NCBI GenBank assembly: GCA_002269645.1
Contig: NIVC01003322.1
Span: 5,995-69,994, forward strand
From: Macrostomum lignano
Lineage: Eukaryota
Length of the DNA stretch: 64,000 bases
Direction: 5' to 3'
Shown here in pieces: positions 51,072-62,019 of this stretch (positions are counted from its first letter, which is position 1; each line of letters opens with the position of its first letter). The notes under the pieces were generated by a model that was not told where the DNA came from, ran no database searches, and saw nothing but the letters and a program-made list of their open reading frames with translations. The translations under genes were made by a program, and so were the position numbers.

Positions 51072-51355
51072 GGGCGTTTTAGCCTACTGGTTAGAGCGTA
51101 CGTAGGACTCACAACTTAAGGTCGGGGGTTCGATTCCGGATCCTACTGGAACAATTTTTGTCCTTGAGCAAAAACACTTAATAACTCTTCATTGCTTCAG
51201 TTCACGCAAGCTATAAAATGGGTGCCAGCTGGGGTAATTGAGGGTGTGTGGTGGTGACCCCCCCCCACCCAGTCCTTGGACTGAACAGCCGTACACACTA
51301 CACAGCTTTCAGATGCGCCAACAATGTAAGAGTAATGAACAATGCTTTAACGTTA
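51072..51355 (+). mobile_element. tRNA-derived SINE
   Basis: A box tagcctactgg (51080-51090) and B box ggttcgattcc (51127-51137), then gtccttgagcaaaaacactta...ttgcttcagt...ataaaatgggt, resembling conserved metazoan SINE core domains. No tRNA acceptor stem. Confidence 0.75.
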
Positions 51356-51867
51356 AACAATGCTTCTAGTCGAATATACTAACAATAAGCTTATTCATAT
51401 GGTACTATCGGTAAACAATAAGCAAAGATCAGTCGTTTTCACATCACAAAATTCTAAATCTCTAAGATCTTTATTTACTAAATTAAAATAGCAATTAAAA
51501 CATCCTGTCAAACTATGAACGCTGTCAGCTTTTATGCTTTTATCCCCGACTATGTTGTCGATACAAAATGACTGCATAAGATCCTAACCTACATGTACTA
51601 AGGGGCCGTACAGCATATCAACATTTAAAATGGCAAATAAAGTCAGTGGATACAGAAGACTATAGCTAGTTTGCATCTGTGCACGTCCCATAAATTACAT
51701 TTCCCGTAAAGTCTTGCAATGGAAAAGTACATCTCTATAAATTGCTGCGTTATGGAGATTTTTATCTCCATGCGTGCAGTTAATATAGATAAGAGCCGCA
51801 TTTGAAGGATTATTTTACATGAATACTAGCTGGTACATGTAGCCGAAGGGTGCAGCAAAAACTGTTG

Positions 51868-51965
51868 CTGGCGCCCCTTGGTGTTGGCGCCCGTTGGTGC
51901 TGGCGCCCTTTTGGTGCTGGCGCCACTTGGTGCTGGCGCCACTTGGTGCTGGCGCCACTTGGTCC
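51868..51965. repeat. About 16-bp GC-rich tandem repeat
   Basis: Unit ggtgctggcgccactt, about 6 copies. Confidence 0.85.
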
Positions 51966-52890
51966 CAAAAATTTTTTATTGCGTACGATGTGTATTTGTG
52001 TACAATGCAATGTCATGATTTCGTATTGAAAAGAACTTTTCCTCTGCATGAGTACATGTACAAAAGTCAGCGTATTTTTCCAGAATTAAATCGAGTTACA
52101 TCCAGTCCATTAATTTGTTTCTAGTGATCTTTGCAGCTGTATTTTTCGAGCGTACAAATCCAGTCTATCTGACACATGCGCTATAAGGCAAGTTGTAAAA
52201 AATTTTTGCCTTTAATCCGAGAAAAGTTTCAGAAGTTTCATAGCTTTAATTGAAACAGTAAGTTGCACTGCAGAAAATTAACTCCCTTGTTTATGGATCA
52301 CATGATCGGTTCTGGATTAATTTTGCATTTAAAGTCCTGGCTTCAAATGAATAATAAAATTTGTCTGTGTGTTTGAGTTGCTTGCACTACTGTCCTGCCA
52401 TGCCTCGGTGGCGTGGGGGGGGCTGCTTTTTGAGCAATTTATTCCCAGCTGCTCCCCAGCATTGGCCGAACACAATCCCAACACGCTTCAGTCTTCAGTT
52501 CAGGGATGTCTCTCAATCCCAGTATTTGAGATTCGGAACCCATCTGACCGGCAGTTCTTTCTATCCACTTTGAGAACTTGACTAGCAATCCACTCCCAAC
52601 GGTGAAGCAACTAAGAAAGGAATCATTTTTTGAATAAAGCCTACCTACGTATGTAGTAGCGCGATGTTTTGACCTGATCTGCATATTGCATATTACTATT
52701 GTTAGTCTCTTGAAGAAAATGATGTTTAAAGCTAAAATAAAGCAGCATACTACAGCCCTAAAAGCTAGGTATATTCTAGCATAAGTAATCTGCAGCATCT
52801 CTCTGTGAGCTTTTGCATCATATAGCCAGCTCCTTTAAGTCAAACTGGCTCAACCCTAACTCTCCCAGCTTTGATGCGTGGGCCTGTACC

Positions 52891-53069
52891 CAGGGACTAC
52901 TCAAACACCGGGACGGGAAACTAGGAATTTTTTACGAGGCTGGTCTTTTATCAGCAGTAGAAAATAACCATAGACAACAAAGTAACACAGCATCTCTCTA
53001 ATGCAAATAATTGCCAGCCAGCCTCGTAAAAAATTTTAGTTTCCCGTCCCGGTGTTTGAGTAGTCCCTG
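52891..53069. mobile_element. hAT-type MITE, 179 bp
   Basis: About 52-bp TIRs starting CAGGGACTACTCAAACACCGGGACGGGAAACTA, with two mismatches. Perfect 8-bp TSD CCTGTACC at 52883-52890 and 53070-53077. Confidence 0.92.
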
Positions 53070-54233
53070 CCTGTACCAAAAACTCTCAATTGACCCTTAA
53101 CATCTGAGCCCCCCCCCCACATGAGCCTTTGATGTCTTATCAATCCCCCCCGCGAACCAAATTTGCAACGCTAGTGCTTGACGTACAGAATTAAAACACG
53201 TGCATTTTTGTATAGCTTATATGTAAAAAGATATTACACGACATCAAGAAAAATTTAAATTTTTTATCCCATACTGGGATTCGCAAAATTCGTGATTTTT
53301 TACCCCGAATACGCAGCCAGACTTGTGCGTGCATTGGCCGTACAGTAAGTACAGTTTGACCGAGATATGACTGCGGAGTGCGTTAAGTACCGACACCAGG
53401 CTGCATGCATATAGTTAGTACGAAGAAGTTATAAATGTAGGTACACAATCCCTGGGTCTAGGCTGCGTTCTTGCATGGTCCACGATCCGATCCTAACAAT
53501 CTATAGTATTCATAATGGTTAAGGTAAAATCACATTCGCACGTGCAACGGTTGGCAGTCGAGCATACAATTGATACAGCTATAGTATCTCTCTGACCTGA
53601 AAGCTGTGTTACACATATAAATAACATATCATATTAAAGCGCATTCGTTAAACTGAAATAGTTATAGTTAGTATGTTTATCCACTGAAATGAAAAAACTC
53701 CATTAACTATACATTGTAATCAACTCGTGTATTTGAATAGCATAATTCAAAATATATAATACGTGCACTGCACATACTAGAATTATTTATAAATACTCGA
53801 AAAGTAAAAGCTGGATATGAGCCGGATATAAGGTTGTGCGCGTAGATGTTATAAATGGAAAATTTTTTAATAAGTAGAAATTATATAAAAAGTGCAAACT
53901 ATTAAAGAAAGCAACATAAATTATGGGAAGCTCATACACCTAAACTGTATTTGCAGTAAATTTACCGCGGTGTTTGCCAGGCAGTTTTTTGTGAAAATAT
54001 ATAAGATATATAGAAAAACATATTAATTAAGTGTCTAGATTCATTAATATTACATGTATTAAAAACCAATCGATGTAGATCTAGATGTGTAGAGCGAAAT
54101 TTCTTGTGTTGATCAGCAGATACTCACACAACTGCTTTTTAGCTGAGAAAATGTTGCGAGACATAAGTCAGTTCTTGAGCTGTTCTATATGCCGAAGAGC
54201 TGAAGAGCTGAAGAGCTGCTCTATATATGCCGA

Positions 54234-54557
54234 CTAAAGTTGCACATCGGAATCTTCTCGCTGTGCACAGATGCAGACTGAGCCTGAGCCGCAGTTTTGG
54301 CGTCGTCGCAGGACGAATACGACAGCTAACGACAGAACTACAACAATAAAAATAGCTGCAACAATCGCAATATCAGCTACTGAATACGTTCGAACATATT
54401 GAGGATTCGAATCTCGCCTAATATCAGTCACAGTTGCTGTTGTTGGACCCGGTTGTGGTAAAAAACGGTCGGTAGTATCGTCGCCTTGATCAAACTCAAC
54501 CATGGCTCTGATAATATCAAGCACAGTTCTGTTTTTCTCTATTTTAAGTAGTTGCAT
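54234..54557 (-). CDS. Small single-pass membrane protein (or last exon of a larger gene)
   Basis: ATG-initiated 107-aa ORF with a 21-aa hydrophobic stretch IAIVAAIFIVVVLSLAVVFVL followed by RRRQ and a Cys-containing tail. More GC-rich than its flanks. Confidence 0.5.
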   Translation of the reverse strand: MQLLKIEKNRTVLDIIRAMVEFDQGDDTTDRFLPQPGPTTATVTDIRRDSNPQYVRTYSVADIAIVAAIFIVVVLSLAVVFVLRRRQNCGSGSVCICAQREDSDVQL

Positions 54558-55967
54558 TTTGCATATCGTCTCTACGTGTATCTGTACACAAAATTTAATT
54601 TATTCGAGTGTCTCATTGCCCATTAGATTGCGCTCTGCAGGGCCGGCTTTTATTTATACGATATTTAAATCGGTGCCATTTAATATCGCGCAGCTTTAAA
54701 CATAACTCATACAACAGTTAAACATATTTTAATCGTTTGAATAAAGCCACGATTTACAGCTAGTCTATAACACCAGTCAAACCGTTTGGATTTATTTGGC
54801 ACTTACTATATTCCGGGCCAGTGCGCACAAACTGCATCGCAATTTCTGAATTCATCGTCCTAGTTTGTAATTCAAATTACACCAACATGGGTATTTCCAC
54901 ATACCGCATTGCTAATGAGAGAGTATTAATAGGCCTAAAAATAATTTAGTAAGACTTATTACTAGAATATTTAATAATAGTGTATACACCTATCACAATG
55001 GATGATACTAAATTGAATTTTTTGTAAGGAGAATATTGATAAAGAAGCTTATTTACTAATTTCATATTTTTAAATGGTCCATTTGACCATGAAAAAATTT
55101 AAAAAGAAAAAGGTTTTGCTTTTGCATAAGCCAGTTTGCCAAAATGGAATTTATTAAAAATGGCTTGGCAGCCTTGGCTTGGCTATATTACCTATATATA
55201 GGCCTATCCTATAATATTAGACGTAAAACTAAATCTAAATGAAAAGTTCATATACCTTGGGTATTAATGTACTCATAAAAATTGTCAAGTTCTAGACTAT
55301 ACTTCTATAAGATATTTTGTCAAATAATCAAAGATCTCTTGAGAATTTATTGTTTAGCCAAATGATAGTTTACAAAACAATTAGCCTTTAAAAGCATTTA
55401 TTTTTAATAAAGTAGTATTAGCTTAATAAGCTAAAAAAGAAAAAATTAATGCATAGTCCTATGTATATCGTATATGTATAGGCCTATGTATATGAATATA
55501 TCAGTTATCATTTTTATCTATGTTTACTTTAGGTAAATAAATATTAAACATTATTTATTTATTTATATTAATGAAATTCTAGAAAATATTATTTTTTTGT
55601 GAAAAAGTATAGTCTAAAAGGCCTGTTGGGTTTATAGGTATAAATTAACTCTATCTTTATTTATATTAGATTTATCCTTTTATAGATCTGCCTTCCTTCC
55701 CATTATTGATTTTATTGTTGCACTATTGATTTAGGTCTTAGGTTAGGAACTAAGCTCCTAGATAGATTATAAAATATATAGAAATTTATACATCATTGTT
55801 TTAATGCTAAATTCTAATTTTCTATTTCCCTTTTAATCTTTTTATTACAAATTTCTTACTTGTTTGATAGGCTGACTTGTTTGATATTGAATCTAGTGCC
55901 AAATAAAATGATTTAATTTGATTTTCTATTTTAATAATATATATGTAAACTATCAATTCCAGAGCCA

Positions 55968-57100
55968 ATGTCTTCAGCTTCTAATGTAAAGCAAAAACGA
56001 ATTCAGTGGCTACATGATCAGCAAAAGAACCAGCAACAATATTGGCCTTGCAATATTAGCTCATTTCACAATGAAGCTACTAACTGTATATTAATATATA
56101 AATTTGATGGCTTGCCAGTTTTGTGCAATGTTGATGTAGCAAAAACTGTTCAACATGTAAGTTTTCTTTTTTTAATTTTCACACAGGTTACTTTAGTGGT
56201 AGCATTGGATGCTTACAAATACATTAAATTTACCTTTAGAATCAGCCTTATTATATTGGGCTATTAATTAATAAGTCTTTAATAACCAACACGAAATTCA
56301 AACACCCAGCCAGAAAGAAGGCAAGAAGATGTTTATGTTTATTTCGTTTATATCAGCACAGATGTTGCATAAATGTATTCAGACCCATACTTCCACAGTA
56401 TGTATACTAGCCCCAACCTCCTCATAAAAACCTCCAGATTAAAAACAGCAACCTGACTGACGATCGCTATTGCGCCATTTCAACAATACAATGCCTTCAG
56501 CGCATGCTAGCAAACTTACTGTTGTTTCCTTGGAAGACACAGTTGAATTCGATTAGTTGCTACAGCGGATTCGCTGTGCACAGTCTGTTCAAATTGCCCG
56601 GCTATAGCAGACTGCTTGAAGCAATGGGCTACTCACTCATGGACGATGGCAGCGAGTTTCATCTTCGAAAACGTCCCGACGATAGTCAGCATCGACTGCA
56701 AGAGCTGCAATTGTTGCTAATTGACTTGGTGGCAGCCGAGCTATCAATTATTCAATCGCCTAGTCGGTGTCAATCAACACTGACAGCAGATTCCAACCAC
56801 CAGTATAATCCCGGTGTTACCAGTAGTACCGGTGTTACCGCTAGTTCCAACAAAACATTTTCATTCGGTCGCGGCTCTGGTATGGCACTGTCGAAAACCA
56901 TGACTCTATCGACTGATTATCGACCAAAACCCGGTTGTGTTGGTCGAGTCTGCAACACTTGCAAAAAAATCAATTCGATTAGAACTGGATTTGGCAGGGG
57001 CGCCATCAACAGTAGCAGTGATCCTCCGCGTTGTACTTCTTGCAGTGACGTTTTGCCAGTTTCTGACAATAACACTGCTTCCCTGTCTACTTATCTGTGA
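55968..57100 (+). CDS. SPATA2/tamozhennic-like PUB-domain protein, 2 exons, about 283 aa
   Basis: Exons 55968-56156 (donor gtaagt) and 56438-57100 (acceptor ctccag). LANLLLFPWK..I.CYSGF...LLEAMGY matches the SPATA2-family PUB core. C-terminal CNTC...CTSC is a putative zinc finger. Confidence 0.75.
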
Positions 57101-58261
57101 CTGATTGGCTGCTGGACTGCACAATCATTCGGAGTCACTTATTTACTAGACTATTTGCGAAACAAACAATTCAAAAAAGTCGAAATGACGATGCAAACAA
57201 AATTTCTGACATTGAATCTAATAAAATCAAGGTGATAGCCTGTAATTTAGCACAGTTATACAAACTTCGAGATGAAAGGCACACTCTGTGGCATGTTAAA
57301 GTTATCACCTCCGAAACCAGTGGATCAATTATTCTCAGATCTCAGCCCCTCGTGTCAAATGCGGGTGATGTAATTTGCCTCACAAGGCCCTCCAAGCAAG
57401 CTTAGGCCTGATGAGGAGAGAGTGAAGGGCGCTATGGCTGGAGTTTGGTGGAATAAAGCTTGTCACTTGTCGATCACTGGTTTCGGAATGGAGACTTCTG
57501 TTAATAAACAAATTATTTACGGTACAAATTGAGGATCGGCGTTTGTCGTAAGAAAAAACCTTCGATATTTTGCAGATTTTTATCGTCAATTAGGTGTTAT
57601 AACATATTTGTATTGATGAGGCATGGCTGCATTTCACTTGAGGCAAATTTTACTCGTAACTATTTTGCTTTTCACTTCACTACTATAATATACATGTGAG
57701 ATGTAATACATATATAGTTATTATTTGAGTCACAAGCGAGTATACGTGCACTAAGCAACATGTTGAAATTTCCACCCAAAGGGCCAAAACCAGTGACAGC
57801 ATTAATCACACTCTACCTCCAAACCCTCTCCTCAGACCTCATCAACCTAAGCCAGACAGGGCCTTGTGGTGTAGTTTTGAATTGTGTTAGTTGGGGCTGA
57901 GTTCTGAAAAAAATTTTAACCTGTTGCTAGGTGTACATCCAGTTTAAGTAGTCCAAGTAATTAATGTTTTATTAGTAACATTCTGATGGTTGCTCAGTTA
58001 CTGTACGTGCACATTATAGCGTTCTTTATTGCTTCACGTCAAATTTTTATTAGCTAGCAAATAAATTTCCACATACACATAAAACAGCCTTACATACTGT
58101 TTCTGCTGCAGTGCTACCAATTTCTTTCTATTCAAAAATATTACACGCTTTAACAAATTTAGTCATGAACCTTTTGGTTCGTCATTGATTCCAATTCGAT
58201 GCTTCGTCCTATGGAGAAGAGATTGCACACAGAAGCAGTATATAGATTTCAGTATCCCGTG

Positions 58262-58315
58262 TATAGCCTAGTAATTAGAGCGTCGAACTCACGACTGAAA
58301 GGTCTGGGGTTCGAC
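58262..58315 (+). mobile_element. Truncated tRNA-like SINE head
   Basis: tagcctagtaattagagcg...ggggttcga is similar to 51080-51137 and stops inside the B box. Confidence 0.55.
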
Positions 58316-58321
58316 TTGTGA

Positions 58322-58449
58322 CAAGCGGTTTTGAATGCCTGGCAGCAGCTGCCCCAAGAGTTCATCAACTGGATGGTGAGATCAGCAGGATGCTACGGCG
58401 AGTGACTGCACTATTTCATGCTCGTGGTTCCTCCACACAAATTGACTAC
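58322..58449 (+). mobile_element. Tc1/mariner transposase C-terminal fragment
   Basis: Across one frameshift reads QAVLNAWQQLPQEFINWMV.SMLRRVTALFHARGSSTQ, matching the W..IP...I..LV.SM.RR..AVI.A.G..T.Y end of Tc1 transposases. Confidence 0.6.
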
Positions 58450-59579
58450 ACCCATGCCCTAAAGGCCAGTTGTGCAACCAGCAGCTCAGCCGCAGCTATT
58501 GTGCGGAATCACTAGGCTACGCCTACACACGTGATACTGAAATTATAGCTTTAAAATTGTTGCTTAACTTTTGTTGCGTGACAACACGAGTTAATAGTTA
58601 GTAGTCCTTGACCAACTTTATCGGTAATCTAGAAATCCGCTAGGTGCAATTGCTACCAAGAGTATAATTATACCTTCATCCTTGATACAAGCTAGTCCAG
58701 CCATTGATCTCTACATGTACATAGCGCAGTCACTGCCTGTCTTGAAGACGGACGCATCGAGTGGTTAATTAGTTGAGACTTCCAGCTCATCCTGATGTGA
58801 TAATACGAGTACATGCGCTCCGTCAGATCGATACATCACAGCTTATTCAGTCCAAAAATCAACCAGTACTATAAAATCTTCACCAGTATTTAAAACAAAT
58901 AATAGAAGAAAATAAAGATACTTCATGGCCTTTTTGGCACAGACATCAAAGCTTAAACTTGATTTGGTATTTGCGTATATTTGTCATAATCCATCACCGA
59001 TTTAATCAACATTCAGCAATAAACTTATGAAGTCTATTCAACATGTAGGTACTTACAGCTAAGCTGAAAATTAGCGTATATATTTTTATCAGTAACCTAG
59101 CTTTATTAATTACATCAATTTGAATTATAAGTGACAATGATAGCACACTAATATGCACCAGTATCACTGGGTTCAGCATCATTCATATATTATAGTTAAT
59201 AATTTAACTAATTAAAGAAAACAAGATCGTGCAATTGTCAGCAGATCAAACAACACAAGCCTTAGTAACGGTTGCTATGTCTCGCTCAATTCCTACTTGG
59301 TATGCGTGAACTTGTACTCAACCTCATAGACACCAACAGACGCCTTGGCCTTCTCGTCGAAGTCGGACCAGTCAAGTTCAGACAGGTTCACCTGCGTGAC
59401 GACAAACGGGTTTGCAGAGGAATTTTTCAAAAAAAATTTTAATAAGAGAATTTTGTTTTTAAAATTAGTGAACAGCCGCGTTTCTAAGAGACATTCTTGC
59501 TTATATACTCCAAATTTCCTGACACAATTTCCAAAATTTTTATCAAACATCCTTTCGAATTGTTTCTCAGACATTCTTC

Positions 59580-60880
59580 CCAACATACTCCTGATACATT
59601 CTTTCCTATGTTCCTGACATTCTTTCCTATGTTACTGACATTCTTTCCTATGTTCCTGACATTCTTTCCTATGTTCCTGACATTCTTTCCTATGTTCCTG
59701 ACATTCTTTCCTATGTTACTGACATTCTTTCCTATGTTCCTGACATTCTTTCCTATGTTACTGACATTCTTTCCTATGTTCCTGACATTCTTTCCTATGT
59801 TACTGACATTCTTTCCTATGTTCCTGACATTCTTTCCTATGTTCCTGACATTCTTTCCTATGTTCCTGACACATTCTTCCCAACCAACTCCTGACACATT
59901 CTTTCCTATGTTCCTGACATTCTTTCCTATGTTCCTGACATTCTTTCCTATGTTCCTGACACATTCTTCCCAACCAACTCCTGACACATTCTTTCCTATG
60001 TTCCTGACATTCTTTCCTATGTTCCTGACATTCTTTCCTATGTTACTGACATTCTTTCCTATGTTTCTGACATTCTTTCCTATGTTCCTGACATTCTTTC
60101 CTATGTTTCTGACATTCTTTCCTATGTTCCTGACATTCTTTCCTATGTTCCTGACATTCTTTCCTATGTTCCTGACATTCTTTCCTATGTTCCTGACACA
60201 TTCTTCCCAACCAACTCCTGACACATTCTTTCCTATGTTCCTGACATTCTTTCCTATGTTCCTGACATTCTTTCCTATGTTCCTGACATTCTTTCCTATG
60301 TTCCTGACATTCTTTCCTATGTTCCTGACATTCTTTCCTATGTTCCTGACATTCTTTCCTATGTTACTGACATTCTTTCCTATGTTTCTGACATTCTTTC
60401 CTATGTTACTGACATTCTTTCCTATGTTACTGACATTCTTTCCTATGTTACTGACATTCTTTCCTATGTTCCTGACATTCTTTCCTATGTTACTGACATT
60501 CTTTCCTATGTTCCTGACACATTCTTCCCAACCAACTCCTGACACATTCTTTCCTATGTTCCTGACATTCTTTCCTATGTTCCTGACATTCTTTCCTATG
60601 TTCCTGACATTCTTTCCTATGTTCCTGACATTCTTTCCTATGTTCCTGACATTCTTTCCTATGTTCCTGACATTCTTTCCTATGTTACTGACATTCTTTC
60701 CTATGTTTCTGACATTCTTTCCTATGTTCCTGACATTCTTTCCTATGTTTCTGACATTCTTTCCTATGTTCCTGACATTCTTTCCTATGTTCCTGACATT
60801 CTTTCCTATGTTCCTGACATTCTTTCCTATGTTCGTGACATTCTTTCCTATGTTACTGACATTCTTTCCTATGTTCCTGA
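59580..60880. repeat. 21-bp tandem repeat in the CZIB intron
   Basis: Unit ttcctgacattctttcctatg with interspersed 25-bp variant units. Confidence 0.95.
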
Positions 60881-61375
60881 CGCATGCTTCCCAACACACT
60901 CCTGACACATGCTTCCCAACACACTCCTGACACATGCTTCCCAACACACTCCTGACACATGCTTCCCAACACACTCCTGACACATGCTTCTCAACACACT
61001 CCTGACACATACTTCCCAACATACTCCTGACACATGCTTCCCAACACACTCCTGACACATGCTTCTCAACACACTCCTGACACATGCTTCCCAACACACT
61101 CCTGACACATGCTTCCTAACACACTCCTGACACATGCTTCTCAACACACTCCTGACACATGCTTCCCAACACACTCCTGACACATACTTCCCAACACACT
61201 CCTGACACATGCTTCCCAACACACTCCTGACACATGCTTCCCAACACACTCCTGACACATGCTTCCCAACACACTCCTGACACATGCTTCCCAACACACT
61301 CCTGACACATGCTTCCCAACACACTCCTGACACATGCTTCTTAACATACTTCTGACACATTCTTTCCTATGTTTC
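60881..61375. repeat. 25-bp tandem repeat in the CZIB intron
   Basis: Unit cacatgcttcccaacacactcctga. Confidence 0.95.
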
Positions 61376-62019
61376 TGATACATCCTTTCAAATATCCTTC
61401 ATACTTAGTCTTCCCGTACTAAGCGTACTTAGTCTTAGTTACGCTGTTTCTAGTGTCCCTGTCCAATCCCAATCTTCATCACATTCCATCTCAGTCAGAG
61501 CCTCACCTCGGGAAACTGGGTGCCAGTTTCTGCTCCAGCGCAGGCCCAGCCAATCCGCGGACTCCATTCGGTCGGTTCAACTCCTCTGCAATCGAATACG
61601 ACAATAGATTTGAATTTGTTAGAATCATCCAAGTCATACGAGGCAATGCTGTCAGGCAGGATGCTGAGCGTGTTCTCTCGGTGGCACAGTTAGCACTTGA
61701 TGACCAGATGCGCCGTACCCCGACTGCCATGGATCTCGTGCTCCTCGTCCAGGCAGACGTACACTAATTCGGGCGTTTCGTCGCCGCAATTGAGGCAGCG
61801 GAGACGGATGTACCAGCGAAAGTCGTCGCCGACAGGTCGGAGGCTCGTCACCCCTCCAGTTGGGCTTTCAGCAGCAGGGAGGCCTTCTGCGAGAAATATT
61901 GGTGCCAGACTAACTCAGCTTAGATCGAATGTACAGTGCCTTGCGGTTTAGATATAGTGACTAGGATGAGAGTGCAAAATCTAGGCCTGAAGTTTAGGGT
62001 AAAAATATTAGGGTTTAAA

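Larger units (their letters stand above)
59293..61886 (-). pseudogene. CZIB: CXXC-motif zinc-binding protein (C1orf123/UPF0587/DUF866) homolog with two lesions; first exon outside the window
   Basis: Exons 61886-61507 and 59391-59293 read KASLLLKAQLE(G)VTSLRPVGDDFRWYIRLRCLNCG...GSRGTAHLVIKC*LCHREN...FDCRGVEP...|VNLSELDWSDFDEKAKASVGVYEVEYKF, colinear with human C1orf123. In-frame TAA at 61690-61692; one G missing near 61851-61854. Confidence 0.9.

Noticed and set aside
51072-51145. Possible tRNA gene
   Set aside because: A and B boxes are present, but there is no acceptor-stem pairing and it continues into a SINE-type body.
57408-57440. CTGATGA hammerhead or box C-like word
   Set aside because: No stem II or GAAA partner and no box D with terminal stem.
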